Below are positions 8,449-18,900 of a DNA stretch of 64,000 bases, one piece after another. Where the stretch lies: positions 17,980,001 through 18,044,000 of the forward strand of contig JBHGNT010000009.1 in the NCBI GenBank assembly GCA_043228905.1, given 5' to 3'. The stretch is from Azolla caroliniana (taxonomy: Eukaryota; Plantae; Polypodiophyta). Made by a program: the position numbers and the translations under genes. Every line of letters starts with the position of its first letter. Position 1 is the first letter of the stretch. The notes beneath the pieces were generated by a model that was given only the letters and a program-made list of their open reading frames with translations, was not told the origin of the DNA and made no database searches.

Positions 8449-11400
8449 GTCCAGCCAAAATAGGAGCCATTTGGTTGGACAGCAGCCCTAGATCTGTACA
8501 GCCCATTAGTGGTTCCATTCCTTCCAAGCAAGTTAGCAATGTGTTCCTAGCCCAAGTCATTGTTAGTACTAAAAGTACTCCCCCAGTACCCGTCCTAGCA
8601 CTTTTAGATTCCGGAGCTAATTCCTGTTTCATGGATCGAAATTTTGCCCAAGCTTCTCAGATATCCTTAAGAAAACTTCCTTGTCCCGCATCTGTAGTGG
8701 TCATTGATGGTCGTCCCATTGCTTCCGGGAATATTGTAGAAGAATCAGAACCCATTCAAGTTGTCCTAGGTAGTTTTGTGTGTATAATATCGTTTAATAT
8801 AATTAGTAGTCCAGAGCATCCCATTGTCCTAGGATTACCTTGGCTTGAGTTACATAATCCAGTCATAGATTGGAGAACAAGAGAAGTCCGATATCGACCA
8901 CCCCAAGAATCAACTCGCCGAGTTTCGACCATTTCACTCCATCAACTACGCGAAGAAGGACCCAAGGAGGCAATGTTCCTATTTTCCATATCAGTACATC
9001 CTTCCAACACTATTAAGAAGGACTCCTCAGTACAACTTCCGGCAAAATATCATCCTTATGCCGATGTATTTGACAAGGTAAAAGCCGGTACCCTTCCTCA
9101 TCACCGTCCCTATGACTGTCCCATCGATTTACAACCAGGAACCGAGCCACCATGGGGACCAATTTACAACCTATCACCCACCGAGTTAGAAGTCCTTCGA
9201 GCCTACATAGAGGAGAACTTGGCAAGCGGGTTCATCCGTCATTCGAAATCTCCGGCCGGTGCACCCATCTTCTTTGTTAAGAAGAAAGATGGCTCACTTC
9301 GTCTTGTCGTTGATTACCGCGGATTAAATAAAGTCACCATCCGGAATAGGTATGCACTTCCTCTTATATCAAGTCTTTTAGAGCGAGTTAATGGTGCCAA
9401 GTTTTTTACTAAAATCGACCTACGCGGAGCGTATAATCTCGTGCGGATCCGACCGGGAGATGAGTGGAAGACCGCTTTTCGCACGCGGTATGGGCATTTT
9501 GAGTATACTGTTATGCCGTTTGGCCTAACCAATGCACCCGCAGTCTTCCAACACATGGCAAATGATATATTCAGAGACCTCTTGGATATCTGTTTGATCA
9601 TTTATCTGGATGATCTGTTGATTTATTCGAAGACCCAGGAAGAGCACGACTCTCATGTACTATTAGTACTAAAGCGACTCCGCGAGAATGGTCTTTATGC
9701 CAAGCTAGAAAAATGTAGCTTTGACTGCAAGCAAGTGGAATTTCTAGGCTACGTCATCTCCTCAAAGGGCATCGCCATGGATCCAGCTAAGATCCAAACT
9801 GTACTAGAGTGGCAAATTCCACGGTCGGTACGAGATGTACAATGTTTTCTAGGTTTTGCTAACTTCTACCGTAAGTTTATACAGGATTACTCGAAGATTA
9901 TTTTACCTCTCACACAACTTACGAAGAAGGGCCAAGCATTTCTTTGGTCCATTGAAGCAGATATGGCTTTTCGGCATCTTAAGAAAGCCTTTACATCAGC
10001 ACCGATTCTAGCTCATGTGGATACAAGCAAACCATTCATCATGGAGGCCGACGCATCAGATTTCGCCCTCGGTAGCATCCTTTCTCAACAAGGTGATAAA
10101 GAAGAGTTGCATCCGGTGGCTTTCCATTCGCGCAAATTCGATGCTGCAGAAATCAACTACGAAATATATGACAAGGAGTTATTAGCCATCGTGGATTCAT
10201 TTGTACAATGGCGGCATTTCTTAGAGGGCTCTCCACATCAGGTCATTGTCTTCAGCGATCATAAAAATCTTGCTTATTTTCAGAACGCTCGCGTACTAAA
10301 TCGACGGCAAGCTCGGTGGGCGCAATTCCTCACGCGTTTCGACTTCAAAATCACATATCGACCGGGGAAGCAGCAAGGAAAAGCAGATGCACTATCACGA
10401 CGTTCATATCTTGCACCTCGTCCTGGTGAAGCAACATTTGATAATCAAAAGCAAGTAATCTTGGGACCAACACGATTGCACACGACGCGGATTTTTCACA
10501 CCCCGATGGATTCACGGATTATCGATGACATACGTGCAACCTTGAAGACGGATAGTTTTGCTCAAGACATCCTGGCGCACATTGATACTTCTCGGGCATC
10601 CTGTTCTCAGTCTCAACAACCAGGTATTGACTACCGACAATTCGAATATCATGATGGTTTGTTATTCTTTAAAAAGCGCGTATATGTCCCCGATTGCTCC
10701 TGTCGCCTTCAAATTGTCCAACATTGTCACGACACCCATACGGCGGGACATTTCGGTAGTACTAAGACGTTGGAGCTAGTGCAGCGATCTTTTTGGTGGC
10801 CCCACATGCGCCGTTTTGTCGACGACTACGTTCGGACCTGTGATGCTTGCTGCCGAGCAAAGATGCCACGACACCATCCATATGGCTTGTTGGAACCTTT
10901 ACCAATTCCAAGTAAGCCATGGCAGTCTATTTGTCTTGATTTTATCACAGATCTGCCGGTCTCGAAAGGGTTCGATGCTATCCTAACCGTCGTCGATCGA
11001 TATACGAAGATGGCACATTTTGTGCCATGTACTAAAGCCATCACTAGCGAGGAAACCGCCGCTCTTGTTATGCGTGAGGTTTTTCGGCATCATGGCCTCC
11101 CAGACAGTATTATCAGTGACCGAGGCCCGCAATTTGTCTCCAAATTTTGGCAGCATCTCTTCAAGATGCTCAAGGTCTCCTGCAACCTCTCCTCCGGCTA
11201 CCATCCTCAGACCGACGGACAGGCGGAACGAACAAACCAAACGCTGGAGCAATATCTCCGGTGTTTCCTGAGTTATCAACAGGACGATTGGGCCGAGATT
11301 CTCCACTTTGCGGAGTTTGCGTATAATAATGCTATTCACTCCTCGACTCGGGTCTCCCCATTTTTCGCTTATACCGGTTTCCATCCTCGCTGGTCGGTGA

Positions 11401-12017
11401 TCGACACTCCGGAGCTACCTACCAACCCTCGTGTCGAGGATCATTTGGAGAGGCTACGCAAGATCCAGATGGATCTCTCTACTCACCTTTGTCATGCTCA
11501 ACACACACAGAAGACTTATGCGGATCGTCATCGGATTCCCTCCTCTTTTGCCATCGGAGATCGAGTATGGCTCTTACGTCGTCACATCAAGACTACTCGA
11601 CCGTGCGACAAGTTGGATTATCGACGACTCGGTCCTTTCCGTATTACGGGGAAGATTAATGATGTCACCTTCCGCCTTGATCTCCCTCCGCAGCTTCTGA
11701 TACATCCGGTTTTCCATTGTTCTCTTCTTGAACCTTATAAAGCAAACACCATTCCCGATCGTGTGACACCACCGCCGCCCCCACTGGAGTTGGACGCCGG
11801 CCCGGAGTATGAAGTTGCTGCCATCCTTGATTCCAAACTTGTTCGCAACAAACTCTATTACTTGGTCGATTGGCTCGGTTATAGTCCGAGCGAACGTACT
11901 TGGGAACCCGTCGAGAATGTTGCCAATGCACAAGATCTTCTTGCTGATTTCCACCGAAAGTATCCGGACAAACCCGGTCCGCAAGTAGCGCTGACTCGTT
12001 CCACTCGTCGTCTTTAA
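8433..12017 (+). CDS. pol: Chromovirus Pol (PR, RT, RNase H, IN, chromodomain) in the -1 frame
   Basis: LLDSGA, KIDLRGAY, YLDD, DASD, HHCC, DDE integrase, C-terminal EYEVAAILD..YLVDWLGY..TWEP. Confidence 0.95.
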   Translation, partial: RVKRLSPAKIGAIWLDSSPRSVQPISGSIPSKQVSNVFLAQVIVSTKSTPPVPVLALLDSGANSCFMDRNFAQASQISLRKLPCPASVVVIDGRPIASGNIVEESEPIQVVLGSFVCIISFNIISSPEHPIVLGLPWLELHNPVIDWRTREVRYRPPQESTRRVSTISLHQLREEGPKEAMFLFSISVHPSNTIKKDSSVQLPAKYHPYADVFDKVKAGTLPHHRPYDCPIDLQPGTEPPWGPIYNLSPTELEVLRAYIEENLASGFIRHSKSPAGAPIFFVKKKDGSLRLVVDYRGLNKVTIRNRYALPLISSLLERVNGAKFFTKIDLRGAYNLVRIRPGDEWKTAFRTRYGHFEYTVMPFGLTNAPAVFQHMANDIFRDLLDICLIIYLDDLLIYSKTQEEHDSHVLLVLKRLRENGLYAKLEKCSFDCKQVEFLGYVISSKGIAMDPAKIQTVLEWQIPRSVRDVQCFLGFANFYRKFIQDYSKIILPLTQLTKKGQAFLWSIEADMAFRHLKKAFTSAPILAHVDTSKPFIMEADASDFALGSILSQQGDKEELHPVAFHSRKFDAAEINYEIYDKELLAIVDSFVQWRHFLEGSPHQVIVFSDHKNLAYFQNARVLNRRQARWAQFLTRFDFKITYRPGKQQGKADALSRRSYLAPRPGEATFDNQKQVILGPTRLHTTRIFHTPMDSRIIDDIRATLKTDSFAQDILAHIDTSRASCSQSQQPGIDYRQFEYHDGLLFFKKRVYVPDCSCRLQIVQHCHDTHTAGHFGSTKTLELVQRSFWWPHMRRFVDDYVRTCDACCRAKMPRHHPYGLLEPLPIPSKPWQSICLDFITDLPVSKGFDAILTVVDRYTKMAHFVPCTKAITSEETAALVMREVFRHHGLPDSIISDRGPQFVSKFWQHLFKMLKVSCNLSSGYHPQTDGQAERTNQTLEQYLRCFLSYQQDDWAEILHFAEFAYNNAIHSSTRVSPFFAYTGFHPRWSVIDTPELPTNPRVEDHLERLRKIQMDLSTHLCHAQHTQKTYADRHRIPSSFAIGDRVWLLRRHIKTTRPCDKLDYRRLGPFRITGKINDVTFRLDLPPQLLIHPVFHCSLLEPYKANTIPDRVTPPPPPLELDAGPEYEVAAILDSKLVRNKLYYLVDWLGYSPSERTWEPVENVANAQDLLADFHRKYPDKPGPQVALTRSTRRL

Positions 12018-12724
12018 GGGGGAGATAGTGTCATGAGATGGCAAGACTCGAACCCATGACCTTATGGTATATGGGTCGAGCTCTTAACCATCTCACCATC
12101 TATTGTAATTCATAGAATATTATTTTCATTTATGTTTTATTATAAAAAAGTAATGTATATTCCAGATTTCTCTGGAACATTCTAGAAGCTTCAGGATTAT
12201 TCCTGAGAACACTATAAAAGAAGGCACTAAGCATTATGTTGAACCAAATTGGTTCAACACCAGTCTTAAGCCTCTTAGTCGATTTGTACTTATCTTTCAT
12301 ATAATATAAGAGCTGCTGTCATCATCCTATTTCTCTCTCTCTCTCTCCTCTTCTCACTTCCTCTCTCTCGGGAATCTTACGCAGTCCCGTCCTCTTAGTA
12401 CTAATAGTACTACTCTTCTTAGTACTAATACCATCTCTGTTTTAGTACTATTCCTGACAAGAACATTCTTATTTCTTGTTCGCTTTCTCTATCTTTTTTC
12501 TTAGTTTCTTGAGTTATACTCTCTAATCATAATTACCTAGAGCTATATAATATATTATGATTTTCAATTCCATCTAATCGGTTTGGTCAAGCCCTCATAT
12601 AGTGTATAACTATCTATTATCTTATACACCCTATCATTTTGGCGCTCCAGGGAGGGCGGATCCTTTCCGTATAGGAGGGAGAACTTATCATTTAATTGTG
12701 TTACTATATTACATTAACTTAGCT

Positions 12725-15700
12725 ATGCAATTTGCATTTTCAGGTGAAAGAACACAAGATGCGGGTGCCTTTTTGGCATCTTTTGAGCATCATGCTGTCT
12801 CTATTGGACGCATCACCGACAATGAGAAGTTACCTTTATTGGTAGCTACATTCTATGGTCGAGCTCGAGATTGGTATGACTCTCTTCCTCCAAACCAACA
12901 GGGAGCATATCAATTGTTGGTGCACCAGTTTCGTGCCAAATATATTCAACGACGAAGTGCAACCGAAGTAAGGGAAGAGCTATTTCGACTAAAGATGGAA
13001 TCACCAATTGGTTTCACTGAGTATGAAAGAAATTTCAAGGATTTGTGGACTACATGGATTCGTCTTCGTGGCGGCACTGAAGACGAGTGGTTTAAAATGG
13101 AACGATTCAAGATGGGTCTTGATATGTATTTCCGTTTGGAAGCAAACTTGAAGGATCCCACATCGTTTCAAGCTCTTATCCAAGTTTGTCAAGCTTATGA
13201 TCGACAAGTGAAGATGATGAGCTCCTTGGGGGATCCCCAAATGACGGCTTTGGGTGCAAATTTGATGCCTCGTGCCAACTTTCAAGCCTCATCTTCAATT
13301 GTGCATGGGGGACAAGTGTTTCCAAATGTGTATACCACCACAACAATAAACCCAACAAGTATATCCCAAGAAGTTGAACAAGTGAGGAGTGAACAAGATA
13401 CCATGGCATTGGTAAATCGGCGCTTTGATGAAGTGATGACCCACTTGCGACAATCCCAAGCAATTCACAACACTATTCCCGATGGTGGTGGCTCTAGAGG
13501 GCATCACGGTGTAATTTGTTATTCTTGTCAAGAGGAGGGACACATCTCAACAAGATGTCCTCATCGACAACAAAGAGGCATGGGAAGAGGCATTTATCAA
13601 GTGCAAAGGAATGGACAACGACCTAACAACAATGAAGTCGAAGGAAACGTAACACTCCCTATGGCTCAGGTTCCTACAATTCCTCATAATGTGAATCTTC
13701 TTAATTTTATTGATGATAGTGATAATTCTTTTGAAGTAGCTCCTGTGAAAAGGACAAGGTCCTCGCAAAAGGAGAAAGAAGTTGAAGGAGAATCTAGTGC
13801 CTCAAGACAAAAGAAGAAGTCTAAGGAGAATGAGAAAGAGGAAAAATTGAGAAGGAGACACTCTAGAAGAAAGATCAAGATGGAGGACATTCCTATGGGT
13901 GAAGGTGTAGAAGCTTTCAATTTGAAGCATGAGTTGATTTCAAGTGGACCAAGGATAACATGGCCGCAACTTCTCCAATTATCTCCCACATTACGAAAGG
14001 AGTGGGGGCGACTTGCAAGTATTCGCCAAAGTCGGAAGACTGTGCATTATGTGGGAATCGTGCGAGTAGAAGATCGAAAGGACATACGACCCACCATCCC
14101 CGTCTCCATCAAAGGGTTTCACATCAAAGATGCGTTGGTTGATAGTGGTGCTAGAGTAAGCTTGATTTCTGAATTTGTGGTAAACAAAGTGGGAATTCCT
14201 ATAAGTAGGTCATCTTCGGCAAGAGTGGCTGTAGCCGATGGTGGAGTGGTCCATTGCATTGGCATAGTGGAGGATGTTGTCATCAAGTGTTTTGGGGTAA
14301 GCATTTCCATGGATTTTCATGTAATACCACTAAAAGGACCGTCATATTCTTTGGTACTAGGACGACCATGGATGCAAGAACTCAATGTTGTCCAAGATTG
14401 GAGCAAAGGTTTGATGACCATAACGCCATCAAAAGGAGTGAGCATACATTATGATATGCGGCAACAAAGACTTATTGAGAAAGAAGAAGATGGAATAACT
14501 GAATATGATAGTGGGTCCGCATATGAAAGTGATGAAAGTGAAGATTCCTCGTCAGAATGGGAAATGACCACATCATATGCCGTTTTGAAGGAAGAAGATG
14601 ATGAAGGAGGTTTAATTACTATGGAGCAAAAAGAGAAGATGATTTCTAAAGATCTTAAAGGGCAAGAGAGGCAACAATTTATTAATTTGATTTCTGAATT
14701 TCCTAACCTTTTCATTAGTGATTATGCTCATATTAGGGGTGTAGATGTCATCCAACATCACATAAATCTAAAGGAGGGTACAACTCCCGTTGCGCAAAAG
14801 TTGCGAAGGCTAGGTCACGTGCAAAAGGAGGCCTTATTAAAGGAAGTCAAAGCTTTGTTGCGTGCACAATTCATTTACCCAGTGGAAGATTCTGAATGGG
14901 TTTCGCCCATTGTGGTGGTACCTAAAAAGAATGGAAAATGGAGGGTTTGTGTTGATTACAAACCTCTAAATGCGGCTACCAAGAGGGATCACTTTCCTCT
15001 TCCTTTCCAAGATGAAATATTAGATGAAATTGCGGGTCATGAAATGTACTCTGTTTGTGATGGCTATTCAGGTTATTTTCAAATTCGTATTGCGGAAGAG
15101 GATCAAAAGAAGACGACATTCATCACTCCATGGGGATGCTTTGCATATCGATGCATGCCCTTTGGACTCACAAATGCTGTTTTTACATTTAATCGTCTTG
15201 CTATTCATGTATTCCAACCATTCTTTGGAAAGTTTGTTAGAGTCTTTATGGATGACTTTGCAATTTATAGTAGCAGGAAAGACCATTTGGAAAAGGTTCG
15301 CTTGGCATTCAAAAGATTGGAGGAATGCAAAATGCAACTCAACCCAGAGAAGTGTCACATAGGTGAAAAGGAGGTGGTGATGCTTGGTCATGTGGTGCCT
15401 CAAGAAGGAATCAAAGTTGATAGCTCAAAGATTGAAGCAATTCAAAAGCTGACAACACCCACGAGTATCAAAGATTTGGAGGTATTTGTTCAAAAAGTTC
15501 GTTACTTTGAACGATTCATTCATATGTTGGCCCAAATTCTCTATCCTTTTCGCATTATTCTTCACACCAACAACTTCTTGTGGACATCTACAACTGAAGA
15601 GCAATATGTAAGAATAAAAAAACTATTATGTAATGCTCCTATTCTAAAGCCACCTGATAGAACATCTACCTTCTTTCTTTCTCTTAGTGTTGGATCTCAT

Positions 15701-17884
15701 GCTATAGGAGCCATTCTTATGCAACAAGATTCTGAAAATAGGCTTATGCATCCTATATATTTTATTAGTAAAGCCATGTCTGATGTAGAGAAAGAATTCT
15801 TAGAAGTAGAAAAGTGGATGTTAGCTCTTATATATGCTTGTAAAAAGTTTAGAAGCTTTCTACTACCTCATCATTTTGTAATAATCACTAGCATGTCATT
15901 ACTCCCATATGTACTTCAACATGTGAGCATTTCAGCACGAATTGCTAAATGGGCTCTACTATTGGCGGAGTTTGATTTTGAAGTCAAATTGGAATCAACT
16001 ATGCGTGCCGAATTGGCGGATCTTCTCACCTTTAGAGAAACCTTTCATGAAGAAGACTTGGTAAAGCTACGAAAGGCACTTCCCGAGCCGGATATGGAGG
16101 ATGCATTCACCTTATTCTTTGATGGGGCATTTCGCAAAGCCACAAACATAGCCGTGGGTGGGATTATTCTCAAGGATCCTCAAGGAGACAGAGTAAAAAG
16201 TGAAGGTATTACATTAAGTGGTGTGAATTCAAATAATGAAGCGGAGTATGCTACCTTGTGTTATGGTCTTCGTCTATGTAAAGCTATGAAGATAAAAAGA
16301 TTAATTCTTAAGGGTGATTCCTTATTGGTAATTAAACAAATTCAAGGCAATTGGAAATGTCAAAGTGATGGGCTTAGAAATTTTTATAAAGAAGCAATGA
16401 GTCTACTAAGGTCTTTTGAAAAGATACAGGTTAAGCATGTGGGGAGATTATACAATAAAGAAGCGGATGCATTAGCTCAAGCCCAATTAGATAAGATCAA
16501 GGAAGGTTTCGTTGGTGTTTTGGAGACGTGCAAAGATGTAGACTCCCTAGAGGAAGTACATAATTTTCTTAATAAAGGAGAGTTTCCAAATAACCTCAAT
16601 GCTTTGCAAAGAAAGCGTTTGGTGGCAAAGGCTTCACAATATCATTTGGTGGGTGAAGATTTGTACAACAAAGGGAAAGATGGAGTTTTACGAAGAGTTC
16701 CTAACAAAAGCGAGATTATAAAGATACTCTTTAAGTTGCATGAAGAAGTTTGTGGTGGGCATTTAGCCCATGATATAATGATAAGAAAGATTTTACTAAT
16801 TGGTTTTACATGGCCTACTATCCATAGGGATGTGCATGATTGGTGTAGATCTTGTGATGCATGTCAAAAAGCGGGAATAAGACATCTACAAAGTGGACCT
16901 TTACAACCCATTGTGGTGTTTGCTCCATTCGAGAAATGGGGAATTGATGCAGTAGGACCTCTTCCGAAAACTCAACATGGTAAAGAGTTTATTTTGGTGG
17001 CCATTGACTACATGACAAAGTGGGTGGAAGCTATAGCAACTTCCTCGATTAAAGCCAAAGATGTAGCCCAATTTGTGTATAAGAATATTTGTACTAGATT
17101 TGGAATTCCCATGGAGATTGTATCCGATCATGGACCCGGTTTTAGGAGTGAAATGTTAGCTTGTCTATTAAGCAAGTTGAAGATTAAGCATCGATATTCA
17201 ACGCCTTATTATCCTCAAGCAAATGGTGCAGTTGAGAAAGTGAATGGGCTTATAGTGAAGAATTTGACAAAGTTAGTGCAAGACAAAGTAAGAACATGGG
17301 ATAGGTATTTGGATGATACTCTTTGGGCTTATAGAGTTTCTTATAAATCCTCCACAGGTTTTACTCCTTTTTATTTGGTTTATGGAAAAGAAGCGTTACT
17401 TCCGATCGAACTTGAGATCAAAAGTAATAGACTAATGGAGGCATCGCATCACTCAAAAGGAAATGATGTGATGAGTCGTTTAGCGAGCAACCATCTACTA
17501 CAATATTCAAGAGAAGAAGCTGTGGAGCATTACTTAAATCAAGCAATGAAGAGAAAGGAGGCATATGACAAAAAACACAAGGGCAACCACATTGAAGAAG
17601 GATCATTGGTTCTTAGGTATGATAATAGATATGATTATATTCAAGGACAAAAGCTTGATAATAAGTGGGAAGGACCCTTTGTGGTTCACAAAAAGTATGA
17701 CAACGGAAGTTACCAATTGAAAGATGTGGATGGAGCACTTCATTCTTATCGAGTGAACGGATGGCGCCTTAAAAAGTATGTAACTCGGGGACCTACTTAT
17801 ATTCCCCAAGTTACTAATGATATTGTTGATACGGATGGATGGGAGCAAGAAGTGGACTTGTTTCCCCATACATTATTTTCTTAA
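12725..17884 (+). CDS. Tat-like Gag-Pol polyprotein (Gag, PR, RT, RH, archaeal-type RH, IN), about 1719 aa
   Basis: CYSCQEEGHISTRC, LVDSGA, FMDD, second RNase H FFDGA..NNEAEY..GDSLLV..NKEADALA, integrase WGID/VSDHG/NGAVE, GPF; first ATG after the PBS is 12725. Confidence 0.93.
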   Translation: MQFAFSGERTQDAGAFLASFEHHAVSIGRITDNEKLPLLVATFYGRARDWYDSLPPNQQGAYQLLVHQFRAKYIQRRSATEVREELFRLKMESPIGFTEYERNFKDLWTTWIRLRGGTEDEWFKMERFKMGLDMYFRLEANLKDPTSFQALIQVCQAYDRQVKMMSSLGDPQMTALGANLMPRANFQASSSIVHGGQVFPNVYTTTTINPTSISQEVEQVRSEQDTMALVNRRFDEVMTHLRQSQAIHNTIPDGGGSRGHHGVICYSCQEEGHISTRCPHRQQRGMGRGIYQVQRNGQRPNNNEVEGNVTLPMAQVPTIPHNVNLLNFIDDSDNSFEVAPVKRTRSSQKEKEVEGESSASRQKKKSKENEKEEKLRRRHSRRKIKMEDIPMGEGVEAFNLKHELISSGPRITWPQLLQLSPTLRKEWGRLASIRQSRKTVHYVGIVRVEDRKDIRPTIPVSIKGFHIKDALVDSGARVSLISEFVVNKVGIPISRSSSARVAVADGGVVHCIGIVEDVVIKCFGVSISMDFHVIPLKGPSYSLVLGRPWMQELNVVQDWSKGLMTITPSKGVSIHYDMRQQRLIEKEEDGITEYDSGSAYESDESEDSSSEWEMTTSYAVLKEEDDEGGLITMEQKEKMISKDLKGQERQQFINLISEFPNLFISDYAHIRGVDVIQHHINLKEGTTPVAQKLRRLGHVQKEALLKEVKALLRAQFIYPVEDSEWVSPIVVVPKKNGKWRVCVDYKPLNAATKRDHFPLPFQDEILDEIAGHEMYSVCDGYSGYFQIRIAEEDQKKTTFITPWGCFAYRCMPFGLTNAVFTFNRLAIHVFQPFFGKFVRVFMDDFAIYSSRKDHLEKVRLAFKRLEECKMQLNPEKCHIGEKEVVMLGHVVPQEGIKVDSSKIEAIQKLTTPTSIKDLEVFVQKVRYFERFIHMLAQILYPFRIILHTNNFLWTSTTEEQYVRIKKLLCNAPILKPPDRTSTFFLSLSVGSHAIGAILMQQDSENRLMHPIYFISKAMSDVEKEFLEVEKWMLALIYACKKFRSFLLPHHFVIITSMSLLPYVLQHVSISARIAKWALLLAEFDFEVKLESTMRAELADLLTFRETFHEEDLVKLRKALPEPDMEDAFTLFFDGAFRKATNIAVGGIILKDPQGDRVKSEGITLSGVNSNNEAEYATLCYGLRLCKAMKIKRLILKGDSLLVIKQIQGNWKCQSDGLRNFYKEAMSLLRSFEKIQVKHVGRLYNKEADALAQAQLDKIKEGFVGVLETCKDVDSLEEVHNFLNKGEFPNNLNALQRKRLVAKASQYHLVGEDLYNKGKDGVLRRVPNKSEIIKILFKLHEEVCGGHLAHDIMIRKILLIGFTWPTIHRDVHDWCRSCDACQKAGIRHLQSGPLQPIVVFAPFEKWGIDAVGPLPKTQHGKEFILVAIDYMTKWVEAIATSSIKAKDVAQFVYKNICTRFGIPMEIVSDHGPGFRSEMLACLLSKLKIKHRYSTPYYPQANGAVEKVNGLIVKNLTKLVQDKVRTWDRYLDDTLWAYRVSYKSSTGFTPFYLVYGKEALLPIELEIKSNRLMEASHHSKGNDVMSRLASNHLLQYSREEAVEHYLNQAMKRKEAYDKKHKGNHIEEGSLVLRYDNRYDYIQGQKLDNKWEGPFVVHKKYDNGSYQLKDVDGALHSYRVNGWRLKKYVTRGPTYIPQVTNDIVDTDGWEQEVDLFPHTLFS

Positions 17885-18900
17885 TAGTCCATATTGTAGA
17901 CCCATCTTTCTCTCTATTAACAAAGAGGAAGATGGTAATAGTGATTATCTTTTTTATTTGTAGAGAATGTGAGGTTTTTCCTACCGATTAGCGGGGGTTT
18001 TACTCACATCTTTTTATTTTCTTTTTATTATATCTCTCTCATTGTCTATAGCCAAGAGATTGGCGAGAGAGCTTTTGTTTGTTAAGTACTGCCAATAAGT
18101 GCTTCGCCATAAATGGCTTAGCCTCTAACAAGGGGGAGGGCTAAATGTGGAAGTGTTTTTAGAATCTAAGCCATTGAACATTAGGAGAATATAAAGTATA
18201 GATAATTCACCTTTTGAGGATAAGAACACGAACTAAGACCTTAGGGAAGAAGTCAAAAGTAAAAATACGAGACCAAGAGAAAAGTAAAAAGAGAAAACGC
18301 AGACTATAAAAAACAGTAAAAATAGAATGGTCATAACTCCCTCGTTGTTTATCCAAATATCACGTTTAAATATGGATTAGAAAGCTTGTAAAAAGAGCTT
18401 TCTATAGCTTTTTAAATCGCTTAATTTGGATATCGGATAAGGGAGATATGACGATTAGAAGGTCGATGTGTCATAGCTAAAAATAGGGAGATAAAAAGCT
18501 TCTAAAAATAGCATGAACGTGGATAAGAAGAGGAAGGTTATAAAAGAAGAAGTGATATTAGTGAAGAGGGAGGGCTAAGAGTGAAGGCCAAAGAGTGGAT
18601 GAGGAGTGTTAGGAAGAAGTGTCTTTGTGGAAGAGGAAGTGTCTTAGAAGAGGAAGGTCTTTGGTTTTAGTTCAATGTGGAGTTTGTCTCCTTTGTATTC
18701 TCTTGATGTTGGAATATCAGAACATTCTTATTTCTTGTTCGCTTTCTCTATCTTTTTTCTTAGTTTCTTGAGTTATACTCTCTAATCATAATTACCTAGA
18801 GCTATATAATATATTATGATTTTCAATTCCATCTAATCGGTTTGGTCAAGCCCTCATATAGTGTATAACTATCTATTATCTTATACACCCTATCACTAGT

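Larger units (their letters stand above)
6791..12459 (+). mobile_element. Full-length Tcn1/Tf1-like chromovirus with 431-bp LTRs (6791-7221 and 12029-12459)
   Basis: LTRs TGTCA..TGACA identical by eye, TSD AGAAC (6786-6790 and 12460-12464), PPT AAGGGGGAGATAG, intact gag and pol. Confidence 0.97.
6213..18895 (+). mobile_element. Full-length Tat-like Ty3/gypsy element with 750-bp LTRs (5' LTR 6213-6790 plus 12465-12636; 3' LTR 18146-18895)
   Basis: TG..CA LTRs that look identical, TSD CTAGT (6208-6212 and 18896-18900), PBS TGGCGCTCCAGGGAGGG at 12640 (tRNA-Asn-like), PPT AAGGGGGAGGG at 18130. Confidence 0.95.

Noticed and set aside
12602-12724. N-terminal extension of the 1760-aa ORF
   Set aside because: Starts at GTG inside the LTR and crosses the PBS; ATG 12725 is more plausible.
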